This document shows, in pieces, positions 8,127 to 17,637 of a stretch of 64,000 bases of DNA. The position numbers and the translations under genes were made by a program. The stretch comes from Pseudomonadota bacterium (GTDB lineage Bacteria > Pseudomonadota > Gammaproteobacteria > Steroidobacterales > Steroidobacteraceae). Location of the stretch: assembly GCA_023428645.1 (NCBI GenBank), contig JAEYXD010000014.1, forward strand, positions 14,964 through 78,963. The letters run 5' to 3'. The notes beneath the pieces were generated by a model. The model did no database searches. It was not told the origin of the DNA and saw nothing but the letters and a program-made list of their open reading frames with translations. Positions within the stretch are counted from its first letter, which is position 1. Every line of letters begins with the position of its first letter.

Positions 8127-9103
8127 CGATATTCGCGCAGCGGGTCTTTATCGTATTCGCGCGCGAGCGTCGCCGGCTCATTGCGGAACGTATACGCATG
8201 CACGCGCAAGCCGACCGCATGCGCGCGCTCGATCAAGTTCGTCGGCAGCAACTTCGCTCCGCCGACATCGCGCAGGACATGGCGCTTCCACGGCCCGACC
8301 GCATCGGCGTATTTCGCGATGTCCGCGAGATTGCGCGCGAGCACGGTGCCGCGAGGATCGCCGAAGTGCAGCGGCCGTACGGCCGCGACGCGCGCGCCGG
8401 TCGAGTCGTATTGCACCACGTCGTCCGCGAGCAGCTGCACGAGTCTCACTTTCGTCGCGCCGCGCAGGTACTGCAGGTTGGCGCTTTCGAACGACTGAAT
8501 GAAAACCGGCGCGTCGGCATGATCGAGACCCCGCCGGCGCAGCGCCGTGAGCAACCGGTCTTCCAGCGGTACTCCGATCGTCAGATGAAACGCTGGATGC
8601 TTCGTTTCGGGGTAGATGCCGATCGTGCGGCCCTGCTGTTGTGATGCCTGCGCGACCAGATCGAGCACCTCCTCGAACGTGGGGATTTCATATTGGCCAT
8701 CGAATTCCTTCGAGCGTGCCGCGTTCGGCTGGATCGCGCGCAGCTGCTTGATCTCCGCGAGCGTGAAATCGCTCGCGAAGAACCCCGTCACGGGCTTGCC
8801 GTCGAGGTGCTTCGTCGTTTTCCGCCCGGCGAACTCGGGCCGACGCGCGATATCGGTCGTCGCATCGAGCAGCGGCTCGTGCCGGACGATCAAATGGCCG
8901 TCCTTCGTCGCGACCAGATCGGGCTCGATGAAATCCGCACCGTATTCGATCGCCAGCGCATAGGCGGCGAGCGTGTGCTCGGGCCTGTATCCAGAGGCGC
9001 CGCGATGTGCAATGACCAGAGGCGCGGTGCCATCGAGCGTAGACCATGCTGATGCGGTCATTGTCGTCATCCCCGAGCTCATGAGCAGGCTCAAGAGCAT
9101 CAT
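8042..9103 (-). CDS. glpQ: Periplasmic glycerophosphodiester phosphodiesterase
   Basis: HRGASGYRPEHTLAAY and FIEPDLVATKDGHLIVRHE motifs. I chose the start at ATG-ATG 9103 (MMLLSLLMSSGMTTMTASA signal peptide). Confidence 0.88.
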   Translation of the reverse strand: MMLLSLLMSSGMTTMTASAWSTLDGTAPLVIAHRGASGYRPEHTLAAYALAIEYGADFIEPDLVATKDGHLIVRHEPLLDATTDIARRPEFAGRKTTKHLDGKPVTGFFASDFTLAEIKQLRAIQPNAARSKEFDGQYEIPTFEEVLDLVAQASQQQGRTIGIYPETKHPAFHLTIGVPLEDRLLTALRRRGLDHADAPVFIQSFESANLQYLRGATKVRLVQLLADDVVQYDSTGARVAAVRPLHFGDPRGTVLARNLADIAKYADAVGPWKRHVLRDVGGAKLLPTNLIERAHAVGLRVHAYTFRNEPATLAREYDKDPLREYRQFFALGVDGVFSDFPDTALSARASMSP

Positions 9104-9427
9104 CAATCTGTTGATTCGACTACGAGCCTGTAACTTTGCCACGGCTGCCTCGCCTCTGGCGGCTCGGAAATCCCTGCGGCGCAGAGCCCCTCGCCATTCG
9201 TGCATTCACGCTGCCTGTATACAAAAAAACAACGCCGACAAGGCCGTATGGCAAGGATTGCTGCAACGTGCCTATTCTCGACCCGAGCCTGCGAATGACG
9301 GTACTTCCCACGGGAAAGCGCGGCGCCGGCTCGCCCGCTGGCTCCTTGCGACTCTAATGTCCGCTCGCTCGCGGCATCGCGGGGCGCTGTGGGGGGATTC
9401 GAACTTTAACTAAGAAGGGAGTTACTC

Positions 9428-9859
9428 ATGAAACCTGCAGCTCGTGCCGTCGCGCTGGTCGCGATGGCGGGCACCCTGTGTGCCGCTTCTGTGTTTGCTG
9501 AGGAATCGGCAGTGAAGCCGACTTCCAACAAGGACGCGAGTTCGATGCGCGTCGTTGTCGATCCCGAAACCGGCGAAGTGCGTGCACCGACTCAGGAAGA
9601 GCTGCTCGCATTGATCCAAGCAGAACAGGCTGTGCGCGCCACACAGCAAACTGCCCGCGCCGCCCGCTCCGCCCAGGCCGCGGCTCCGACCGATCTCCTT
9701 CCCGAGGTGAAATCCGTCCAGCGCCATCCGAACGGCATGCTGTCAGTGAAGCTGCCGCAGGATTCCCTCTCGCTCGTGACGGTGGTGACCGACGAACAAG
9801 GCAAGACCCGGACGGTGCACTCGGAGACTTCGTCCGTCGCGCCGGCGCAGGAGCAGTAA
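9428..9859 (+). CDS. Small secreted hypothetical protein
   Basis: Strong RBS (AAGGGAG) and signal peptide MKPAARAVALVAMAGTLCAASVFA. Its stop lies 1 nt before the next start. Family not recognised. Confidence 0.7.
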   Translation: MKPAARAVALVAMAGTLCAASVFAEESAVKPTSNKDASSMRVVVDPETGEVRAPTQEELLALIQAEQAVRATQQTARAARSAQAAAPTDLLPEVKSVQRHPNGMLSVKLPQDSLSLVTVVTDEQGKTRTVHSETSSVAPAQEQ

Positions 9860-9860
9860 C

Positions 9861-11498
9861 ATGAACAACACGAACGTACTTCGGGCGCTCGCGCTCGGCG
9901 GCCTGCTGTGCTCGGCACAGATTGCCTCCGCCGCCAAAATGGAAATCATCAACATCGACCCGCCGAATGTCGGCTTCAACGATCCGACGCCTGCGGCGCC
10001 GGTCGGCGGCAACCCAGGCACGACGATCGGCGCGCAGCGTCTCGCCGCGTATCAGCGCGCACTGGATCTGTGGGGCTCGGTCCTGAAGAGCAAGGTGACG
10101 ATCCACGTCGTCGGCTCGTTCAGCGCGTTCCCGCCCGCGCAGTGCGCCGGCAACGTGCTCGCGCAAGCGGGCGCCATTCAGATCTTCGCGAACTTCCCCA
10201 ACGCGCCGAAGCGGGACACGTGGTACGGCGTCGCGCTGGCGAATGCGCTCGCGGGGCAAGACCTCGCTCCCGGCGACCTGGGACCGGAAGCCGGCTACGT
10301 CGGCGCCGACATCGTGGCGCAGTTCAACGGCGGCATCGGCACGCCGAACTGCATTCCGGGATCGACCTGGTACTACGGCCTCGACAACAACGCGCCCTCC
10401 GGCACGATCGACTTCCTGAACACGTTCATGCACGAAGTCGCGCACGGCCTGGGCTTTGCCAACTTCATCAGCGAAACGAACGGTCTGCCGCCCGCGTATC
10501 CGGACTATCCGTATCCGGACATCTACATGCGCAACACGCTGGACAACCAGCTGAACAAGACGTGGGACCAGCTCACGCCGGCGCAAATCGTCCAGTCCGC
10601 GATCAACACCGATCACGTCGTGTGGGCGGGCGGACAGGTGACGAAGTCGGCGCCGCTGTTCCTCGGACCTCACGAGGCACTGCGCATCTCCGCACCGGCA
10701 TCGATCGCGGGTGAAGTGGCCACGGGCACGGCGAGCTTCGGGCCTCCGGCGAGCGCGGCGAACTTCAACGGCGAAGTGGTGCTCGGCGTGTCCGCTGACG
10801 GCACGACGACCGGCTGCACGGCGATCACATCGAACGTCGCCGGCAAGATCGCGCTCGTCGATCGCGGCGTGTGCGGCTTCGTCGTCAAGGCAGCGATCGC
10901 ACAGGCCGCGGGCGCAAAAGCCGTCCTGGTCGCGAACAATGCGCCGGGCGTCCTCGCGATGGGCGGCACGGACTCGACCGTCACGATTCCGGGCTTGCTC
11001 GTCTCGCAGGATGTCGGGGCTCGCATCAAGCAGAATCTGCCTGGTGTCACCGTCGCGTGGTCCATCGACAAGAAGCGTCTGGCTGGTGCCGACGACAAGA
11101 AGCGCGTGAAGCTCTACGCGCCGAGCGCCGTCGCGCCCGGCTCGACGGGCTCGCATTTCGACATCAGCGCGAGTCCGAACCTGTTGATGGAGCCGTCGAT
11201 CACGGCGACGTTGCAGGCAGCCACGAACGTCGATCTGACGGGGCAGCTGTTCAAGGACATCGGCTGGCCGATCGAGACGCTGAAGATCGGCAAGTGCGAC
11301 ACGAAGGTGCCGAACATCACGCCGGTCGGCGACATCATCTCGACGCAGATCGAGCAATGTGCCGCCGACAGCAACAATCGGGGCCAGTTCGTGGAGTGCG
11401 CGGCGCACGTCGCGTTGGGCTTGACCTTCCAGCGCTTCATCGACATCGGTGACTTCGCGCGTATGGTCGTGTGCTCGGCCACCGTGAAGAATCCGTGA
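9861..11498 (+). CDS. Secreted PA-domain zinc metallopeptidase-like protein (HExxH)
   Basis: Contains a signal peptide, the zincin motif FMHEVAHGLGF, and a protease-associated domain (GKIALVDRGVCGFVVKAAIAQAAGAKAVLVANN). The C-terminal segment is Cys-rich. Confidence 0.8.
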   Translation: MNNTNVLRALALGGLLCSAQIASAAKMEIINIDPPNVGFNDPTPAAPVGGNPGTTIGAQRLAAYQRALDLWGSVLKSKVTIHVVGSFSAFPPAQCAGNVLAQAGAIQIFANFPNAPKRDTWYGVALANALAGQDLAPGDLGPEAGYVGADIVAQFNGGIGTPNCIPGSTWYYGLDNNAPSGTIDFLNTFMHEVAHGLGFANFISETNGLPPAYPDYPYPDIYMRNTLDNQLNKTWDQLTPAQIVQSAINTDHVVWAGGQVTKSAPLFLGPHEALRISAPASIAGEVATGTASFGPPASAANFNGEVVLGVSADGTTTGCTAITSNVAGKIALVDRGVCGFVVKAAIAQAAGAKAVLVANNAPGVLAMGGTDSTVTIPGLLVSQDVGARIKQNLPGVTVAWSIDKKRLAGADDKKRVKLYAPSAVAPGSTGSHFDISASPNLLMEPSITATLQAATNVDLTGQLFKDIGWPIETLKIGKCDTKVPNITPVGDIISTQIEQCAADSNNRGQFVECAAHVALGLTFQRFIDIGDFARMVVCSATVKNP

Positions 11499-11534
11499 CC
11501 CCGCCGCTGCCGTAGGAACAGGAGCCAAGGGTGA

Positions 11535-11557
11535 GGAGCGCGACGAGCTCGCGCTCC
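11535..11557 (+). terminator. Hairpin downstream of the PA-domain gene
   Basis: GGAGCGCGA-cgagc-TCGCGCTCC (9-bp perfect stem) followed by TTCT. Confidence 0.5.
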
Positions 11558-11573
11558 TTCTGACTCACGACCC

Positions 11574-11607
11574 AAGCCGGCGGTCTTCGCGAGAAGATCG
11601 CCGGCTT
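11574..11607. terminator. Long hairpin between convergent genes (possible bidirectional terminator)
   Basis: AAGCCGGCG-g-TCTTC-gcga-GAAGA-t-CGCCGGCTT gives a stem of about 15 bp. It sits 6 nt from the SDR stop codon at 11613. Confidence 0.55.
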
Positions 11608-11612
11608 CCTTT

Positions 11613-12443
11613 CTAGTCCACAAAAAAATCCGGAATGAAATTCCTGTTCCCCGGCGTCATCGCGTACTGATCCAGATCCGTCACTCCGGCCGCGGCGAGC
11701 ACTTCGTCGTCGATGAAGAAATTGCCGGTGCATTCCCTGGCATCGCGCGTGAGCACCGCATGCGCCGCGTCCGCCATGATCTCCGGCTTGCGGCCGAGCT
11801 TCGGGTCGGCCATCGCGATGACGTTCAGCGCGGCCGTGGCGATGATCGTGCGCGGCCACAGCGCGTTCACGGCGATGCCGTCGAGCTTCAACTCCTGCGC
11901 CATGCCGAGCACGCACATGCTCATGCCGTACTTCGCCATCGTGTAAGCGACGTGCGGCGCGAACCACTTCGCCTGCATGTTGAGCGGCGGCGAGAGATTG
12001 AGGATGTGCGGATTGCGGCCCGCCTTCGCGGCGTCCTTCAGATACGGGATGCATGCCTGCGAGCACACGAACGTCCCGCGCACGTTCACGCCGAACATGA
12101 GGTCGAACCGCTTCATCTGGGTTTCGAGCGTGCCGGTGAGCGAGATCGCGCTCGCATTGTTCACGAGGATGTCGATGCCGCCGAAGTGATCCGCGCAACG
12201 TTTCGCCGCCTCCGCGACCATGTTCTCGTCGCGAATGTCGACCTGCATCGCGAGCGCCCTGCCGCCCGCGGCTTCGATCTCGGCCGCCGCCGTGTGAATC
12301 GTGCCGGGCAGCTTCGGGTGCGGCTTGTCGCTCTTCGCGGCGATAGCGACGTTCGCACCGTCACGCGCGGCGCGCAGCGCGATCGCGAGCCCGATTCCGC
12401 GGGATGCGCCGCTGATGAAAAGCGTTTTGCCCTTGAGCGACAT
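11613..12443 (-). CDS. SDR-family oxidoreductase (HSDL2-like)
   Basis: Start ATG 12443 with AAGGAG upstream. N-terminus is MSLKGKTLFISGASRGIGLAIALRAARDGANV. Confidence 0.9.
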   Translation of the reverse strand: MSLKGKTLFISGASRGIGLAIALRAARDGANVAIAAKSDKPHPKLPGTIHTAAAEIEAAGGRALAMQVDIRDENMVAEAAKRCADHFGGIDILVNNASAISLTGTLETQMKRFDLMFGVNVRGTFVCSQACIPYLKDAAKAGRNPHILNLSPPLNMQAKWFAPHVAYTMAKYGMSMCVLGMAQELKLDGIAVNALWPRTIIATAALNVIAMADPKLGRKPEIMADAAHAVLTRDARECTGNFFIDDEVLAAAGVTDLDQYAMTPGNRNFIPDFFVD

Positions 12444-12541
12444 GACGGCTCCTTGCATGAGGAATGGAAAGGCAACGCTACGCCGCGTCCGCGCGGTCGC
12501 GCAAGCACACGGGCGCATGGCGAAGTGTTACTTTCGCGCGC

Positions 12542-13123
12542 ATGCCTCCCTTCCTCGTCGTCATGGCGCTGCCTCTCGAAAGCCAAGGTGCTTTCGAGCG
12601 CACGGGCGTGTCGGTGCTCTATACGGGCGTCGGCAAGGTGAATGCTGCGCATGCGCTCACGCGGCGCCTGACGGAATATCGGTGTAGCGGATTGCCGCTG
12701 CCGCACGTGATCAACTTCGGCACGGCCGGCAGTCAACGGCGTTCGACCGGCGCGCTGATCGAATGCACCGCGTTCATTCAGCGCGACATGGACGTCACCG
12801 GGCTCGGCGTGCCGCTCGGTACGACACCATTCGAGGACATGCCGCCGCGCCTGGCCGTCGCACCGATTTTCGCGCACCTCGAGCACGGCGTGTGCGGCAG
12901 CGGTGATTCGTTCGTGACCGCCGCCTGCCCGCACGAGTGCGACGTGCTCGACATGGAGGCGTACGCGCTCGCCAAGGTGTGCCGGCTCGAAGGCTGCGCC
13001 TTCAACGCCGTGAAGTTCGTGACCGACGGCGCCGATCATGCCGCCGCGAATGACTGGCAGAGCAATCTCGAGCAGGCGGCGGCGTTGTTCGTGGCGCTGT
13101 ACGCGCGGCTCACGTCGCGATAG
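12542..13123 (+). CDS. Nucleoside phosphorylase/nucleosidase family protein (MTA/SAH nucleosidase-like)
   Basis: PNP_UDP_1-like features (LYTGVGKVNAAH, FGTAGS, DMEAYALAKV). I chose the start at ATG 12542. Confidence 0.7.
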   Translation: MPPFLVVMALPLESQGAFERTGVSVLYTGVGKVNAAHALTRRLTEYRCSGLPLPHVINFGTAGSQRRSTGALIECTAFIQRDMDVTGLGVPLGTTPFEDMPPRLAVAPIFAHLEHGVCGSGDSFVTAACPHECDVLDMEAYALAKVCRLEGCAFNAVKFVTDGADHAAANDWQSNLEQAAALFVALYARLTSR

Positions 13124-13880
13124 CGACCCACGCGGTTCGCAAGATCAGCAGCGTCACGACGGCGATGAACACCTTGCGCACGAAGGCGCTGCCGCCGCGC
13201 AGCGCCAAGCGCGCGCCGACGATCGCGCCCGCGATATTGCAGATCGCCATGCCGAGCCCGACCTGCCACAACACGTAGCCGTTGATCCCGAAATACACGA
13301 GCGCGGCGCCGTTCGTCGCGACATTGAGCACGCGGGCGCTCGCGGCGGCATGCAGGAAATCGAAGCCGTAGATGCGCACGAACACGAACATCAGGAAGCT
13401 GCCCGTGCCGGGACCGAAGAAGCCGTCGTAAAAGCCGATCGCGGCGATGACGATCGCGCCGAGCACGTGGTGGCGCCCGCTGAATGCGCGCGGCGCATGG
13501 TCACCGCCGAGATCCTTGCGGCGCAGCAGATAGATGAGTACCGCGACGAGCAGGATCGGCACGAGCGGACGAAACACAGCCGGCGGCACCAAGGTCGCCG
13601 TGAGCGCCCCAAGGCCGCCCGTGATCAGGACGACGACGCCGAGCGGCAGTAGCGCGCGCCATGGAATCGCGATTTTTCCCGCAAACCGGAGCACGGCACT
13701 CGACGTGCCGAAGAACCCGGCGAACTTGCTCGTGCCGAGCAGGATGGGCGGCGCGGTATTCGGATAGACACCGAACAGCGCCGGCAGTTGAATGAGACCG
13801 CCACCGCCGACCATCGCGTCGACGAGGCCCGCGCCGAAGGCGGCGATCAAGACGAGCACCAGATCGAAAGAACCGAACAT
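13110..13880 (-). CDS. TSUP-family (TauE/SafE-like) anion exporter
   Basis: 256-aa polytopic membrane ORF with GAGLVDAMVGGGGLIQLPAL at the N-terminus. Confidence 0.88.
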   Translation of the reverse strand: MFGSFDLVLVLIAAFGAGLVDAMVGGGGLIQLPALFGVYPNTAPPILLGTSKFAGFFGTSSAVLRFAGKIAIPWRALLPLGVVVLITGGLGALTATLVPPAVFRPLVPILLVAVLIYLLRRKDLGGDHAPRAFSGRHHVLGAIVIAAIGFYDGFFGPGTGSFLMFVFVRIYGFDFLHAAASARVLNVATNGAALVYFGINGYVLWQVGLGMAICNIAGAIVGARLALRGGSAFVRKVFIAVVTLLILRTAWVAIAT

Positions 13881-14023
13881 GTTTTTTTTCGTGGTGTAAC
13901 GGCGGGAGTATCGCCGATCCGATGCTCGGCCGAGGAACGCGATGAGCGCTGCTCACCTCTCCCGCTCGCTGGGGCGGGCGGCGCGGCTGTTGCCTTCGGG
14001 ATTGCTGTCGCCAGTCACTTCGT

Positions 14024-14911
14024 TTGGAGAGTCGCGCCATGCCGCAGGACATCTGGAATAAAGTGGATCACCGCTACGCCGACGCCAACGGCGTGAAGAT
14101 TCATTACGCGGCGCTCGGCAGCGGACCGCTCGCCGTCCTGATCCACGGCTTCCCGGACTTCTGGTACACGTGGCGCGATCAGATGCAGGCGCTCGTCGCG
14201 GCCGGTTATCGAGTCGCGGCCGTCGATCAGCGCGGCTACAACTTGTCCGATCGGCCGGCCGGCGTCGACAACTACTCGATGCGGCTGCTCGTCGGCGACA
14301 TCGCCGCCGTCATCGCGGCCGAGCACGCCGAGCGGGCGATCGTCATCGGGCACGATTGGGGTGGCTCCGTCGCCTGGAACGTCGCGATGCGGCGGCCCGA
14401 CCTCGTACAGCAGTTGATCATCTGCAACCTGCCGCATCCCGCCGGCATCGCGCGCGAGATCGCCACGAATCCGCAGCAAAGGCAGCACAGCGCCTACGCC
14501 TTCGACTTTCAGAAGCCCGACGCTCACCTCGCGCTGTCCGCGGACGGCTTGGCGGGCTGGGTCACCGATCCGGAAGTTCGCGCACGATACGTCGAAGCCT
14601 TCGAGCGGTCCGATTTCGCGGCGATGCTGAACTACTACAAGGCGAACTACCCGCGGCCCGACGCACCACCGCCTGCCGCGCTGGCGACGTTTCCGAAGGT
14701 GAAGGCACCGGTGCTCATCATTCACGGCCTCGACGATCAGGCACTACTGCCCGGTGCGTTGAACGGCACCTGGGAGTGGGTCGAGCGGGATTTGACGATC
14801 ATGACTCTGCCGGGAGCCGGCCATTTCGTGCAGCAGGATGCCGCGCGGGTCGTCAGCGAGACGATCGTGAGCTGGTTGGCGCTGCGTACGCGTACGAACG
14901 AGGCGCAATGA
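14024..14911 (+). CDS. Alpha/beta hydrolase, epoxide-hydrolase-like
   Basis: [11 protein letters not shown] and [12 protein letters not shown] motifs. Confidence 0.88.
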   Translation: MESRAMPQDIWNKVDHRYADANGVKIHYAALGSGPLAVLIHGFPDFWYTWRDQMQALVAAGYRVAAVDQRGYNLSDRPAGVDNYSMRLLVGDIAAVIAAEHAERAIVIGHDWGGSVAWNVAMRRPDLVQQLIICNLPHPAGIAREIATNPQQRQHSAYAFDFQKPDAHLALSADGLAGWVTDPEVRARYVEAFERSDFAAMLNYYKANYPRPDAPPPAALATFPKVKAPVLIIHGLDDQALLPGALNGTWEWVERDLTIMTLPGAGHFVQQDAARVVSETIVSWLALRTRTNEAQ

Positions 14912-14971
14912 AAAAGGGGCGCGCACCCCGTGCGCGCCCCTCGCCGCGAGTCGCCGAAGACTCGCCTCAGA

Positions 14972-15922
14972 TCACTGGATCACCTTCGTCACGGTCGACG
15001 AGCGTGCGCTTTCTCCGCCCGCACTGTTGTACGCACTGATCGCGAAGTAGTACGTGCCGCGGGACAGGTTCGAGACGACGTACGAGGAGATGCCCGCCGA
15101 GGCGACGTTGATCGTCTGCGTGAGCGCACTCGCGCTCGTGCCGTAGTAGATCCGATAGCCCGCAAGGTTCGTGAGCGTCGAGCCGTCGCTGTTCCGGGTC
15201 GGCGGCGTCCAGCTGAGCGTCGCGGCACCGGTCGAGGGCGGCGGCGTCGTCGCGTTCGACCGCACGGTGATCGCGAACGTCGGCAGCGACACCGTGTTCT
15301 TGCCATCGCTCACCGAAATCCGGACGTTGGAGTACGTGCCCACATGGCTGTTCGTCGGCGTGCCCGACAGGCGTCCCGTCGACGTGTTGAACGATGCCCA
15401 TGCCGGACGATTCGCGATCGAAAAGCCGAGCGTGCGGCGTTCCGGATCGGCGGCGGTCGGCGTGAAGCTGTAGCTCGAGCCGGCGGTCACCGACGTCGCG
15501 GGCGTACCCGAAATCGTCGGCGGGCGATCCGTGGTGGTCGTCGTACCCGAGGACGTCACTCTGATGGAGAACGCGGGCAGTGACGTCGTGAGGCGCCCAT
15601 CCCAGGCGGAGATCACGATGTTCGAGTATGTGCCCGCCGGCTTCGCCGTGCCCTTGAGCTCGCCCGTGCTGCCGTTGAACGTCGCCCACGACGGCTTGTT
15701 CTTGATGGAGAAGACGATGCGCTTGCCGTCCGGATCGCGCGCTTCCGCGTCGAAGTAGTAGTACGCGCCCACCGCGACCGACGTCTTCGGTGTCCCCGAG
15801 ATGATGGGATATCGATCCTGGGCGCTGGCGATCGAAGCGGCGCCCATCCCCAGGAGTGCAGTAGCAACGATTGCGATTTTCTTTGTCACGCCCGCTGCGA
15901 GCATGCGCGTCACGATGAACAT
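14972..15922 (-). CDS. Secreted protein with two Ig-like (He_PIG / cadherin-like) domains and a C-terminal FN3-like domain
   Basis: Start ATG 15922 (MFIVTRMLAAG... signal). Carries repeated ISGTP..SV..G..Y.F....DP.....FSI.N.P.WA.FN..TG.L.GTP modules. Confidence 0.8.
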   Translation of the reverse strand: MFIVTRMLAAGVTKKIAIVATALLGMGAASIASAQDRYPIISGTPKTSVAVGAYYYFDAEARDPDGKRIVFSIKNKPSWATFNGSTGELKGTAKPAGTYSNIVISAWDGRLTTSLPAFSIRVTSSGTTTTTDRPPTISGTPATSVTAGSSYSFTPTAADPERRTLGFSIANRPAWASFNTSTGRLSGTPTNSHVGTYSNVRISVSDGKNTVSLPTFAITVRSNATTPPPSTGAATLSWTPPTRNSDGSTLTNLAGYRIYYGTSASALTQTINVASAGISSYVVSNLSRGTYYFAISAYNSAGGESARSSTVTKVIQ

Positions 15923-16734
15923 TGAGCGAACCTCTAGGGCTCGCCCTGCGATCGTGGAGCAGGGGGACGCGCGCACGCGAACGAGATCCGCGGCAAGCGG
16001 TCGCGCGCTCTGCGCACAACGCACTCGGCCAGGAGTGTTCCGGCAACCCCGCCATCCCGCACGTCGTGCGGGACCGGTGGCTTTGCGTCCCCGTCTCACG
16101 ACGGGTTTGCCCTTAGCAAAACACTAGAATTTCCGGCGTCACCGACGCCGAAGCGTGCCTTCGCTCCGCGCTCTTGATCGCGCATCTGAGTTGACGGTAT
16201 CGACCGTCGCGCTGCTGCCGTGCCTGACTCCGCCCTGAGCCGGCTCGTCGGACGTATCGAACGTCGCGACGCGAGCAACTGCGGGAACTCCGCGAGGCGA
16301 GGCGAAGTAAACACAATCGTCGTCGCGGCTGATAAGTGTCCGAGCCGCGCGACACTGCGCGAAAATGCGAGCAGTCCCGCGCGCTTAGCGACGCGATCTG
16401 GCGACAATTGGGAAATCTGTCGAAGATTTCGCGTCAGCAAAATTCGTATCGCGCTGTACGTGCGGCGCCACATCCCGGCAGGCGCGTAGAAAATTCAGGG
16501 TCGGCCTTATCGCACGCGTCTCGCAGCCGCTCCGACTTGCGCAATTTGCGGCGCGCGCACACCTTCAGTCCGCGCGGGAAGTGGGGCCGCGGCATGGCGA
16601 GTTGAGCGGCGGAACGAAGCGCTCGATGCGCGGTCCCTCTAGCCGGACCGCGGCGGTTCTGGGGTCCGTGGGGCTCTGGTACAGTCCGACGTCCGCCTAG
16701 CTGAAATGACCAACGAATAAATCTGGGGAATCAC

Positions 16735-17505
16735 ATGCGATTGAGCACACTCGTTCTCGCCAGCTCCGTATTGCTGGCGCCATTGTTCGCAGCCGAGGCC
16801 AAGGACGAAGCGCTCGCGAAAGCCATTGCGGCGTCACATCGCTCGGCGAACTTCGTCGAGCGCGACAAGGCGCGTAAGCCGCAGGAAGAACTCGAATTCT
16901 TCGGCATCAAGCCGAACATGACCGTCGTCGAAGTCTCGCCGGGCGGCGGCTACTGGACCGAGATTCTGGCCCCGTATCTGAAGGACCAGGGCACCTACTA
17001 CACCGTCGTCTCGCCGCGCCAGGCCGACGCCTGGAAGCAAAAGCTCGACGCGAACGCCGCGGTGTACGGCAACGTCAAGATCACGCAGACCGGCGGCGAC
17101 ATCGCTCCTCCGGGCTCCGCAGACCTCGTGCTCACGTTCCGCAACGTCCATAACTGGATGGCGGCGGGCACGGCGGACGAGATGTTCGCGTCGTTCTTCA
17201 AGGCTCTGAAGCCGGGCGGCATTCTCGGCGTCGAGGAGCATCGCGCCAGCGACAAGACACCGCAGGATCCGAAGGCCGCGAACGGCTACGTTCGTCAGGA
17301 CTACACCGTGCAGCTCGCCGAGAAGGCAGGCTTCAAGCTGCTCGGCAGCTCCGAAATTCTCGCGAACCCCAAGGACACGAAGGATTGGCCGAAGGGCGTG
17401 TGGACGCTGCCGCCGACGCTCACGCTCGGCGAGCAGGATCGTGCGAAGTACCTCGCGATCGGCGAGGCGGACAATTTCGTGCTGAAGTTTCAAAAGCCCA
17501 AGTGA
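16735..17505 (+). CDS. Signal-peptide-bearing class I SAM-dependent methyltransferase-like protein
   Basis: Signal peptide MRLSTLVLASSVLLAPLFAAEA and a motif I-like VVEVSPGGGYWT. Confidence 0.78.
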   Translation: MRLSTLVLASSVLLAPLFAAEAKDEALAKAIAASHRSANFVERDKARKPQEELEFFGIKPNMTVVEVSPGGGYWTEILAPYLKDQGTYYTVVSPRQADAWKQKLDANAAVYGNVKITQTGGDIAPPGSADLVLTFRNVHNWMAAGTADEMFASFFKALKPGGILGVEEHRASDKTPQDPKAANGYVRQDYTVQLAEKAGFKLLGSSEILANPKDTKDWPKGVWTLPPTLTLGEQDRAKYLAIGEADNFVLKFQKPK

Positions 17506-17572
17506 AAACGGCCGCATCGAACCCCGGGCCGCAGGCCCGAACGCAGCGGAGCGCACGGATGCGCACCCGCTG

Positions 17573-17612
17573 CCCCTCCCTCCGCGTCGCGGGGGCGAGG
17601 GTCGGGGGTGAG
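17573..17612 (+). repeat. REP-like element copy B (degenerate)
   Basis: CCCCTCCCTCCGC-gtc-GCGGGGGCGAGGG-TC-GGGGG. It has the same architecture and orientation as copies A, C and D, but an imperfect stem. Confidence 0.55.
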
Positions 17613-17637
17613 TGCCGCCAGCGTTAGGAGCGAGGCC

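Noticed and set aside
9380-9402. GGATTCGAAC (reverse complement of the tRNA T-loop consensus GTTCGAATCC), which suggested a minus-strand tRNA.
   Set aside because: The flanking bases cannot form a T-stem (TAAAG versus CCCCC). I could build no acceptor or anticodon arms. It lies in the promoter/RBS region of the 9428 gene.
9426-11528. 700-aa minus-strand ORF opposite the PA-domain peptidase genes. Similar long antisense or out-of-frame ORFs occur at 2165-3415, 5829-7133, 16834-18225, 20642-21784, 23050-25398, 26742-28802, 29722-31053, 30950-32875, 33394-34335, 48679-50232, 50423-51514, 51764-52972, 56400-58094 and 61453-63270.
   Set aside because: All are Arg/Ala/Asp/His-rich and lack recognisable motifs. 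Each lies exactly opposite a gene with strong family signatures. This is the expected artefact in GC-rich DNA, where stop codons are rare in the antisense frames.
16650-16734. GGGGCTCTGGTACAGTCCGACG resembles the 5' end of tmRNA (GGGGCUGAUUCUGGAUUCGACG).
   Set aside because: There is no tRNA-like 3' end (TPsiC arm plus CCA context), no tag-peptide ORF and no pseudoknot-length sequence downstream. A protein gene starts at 16735.
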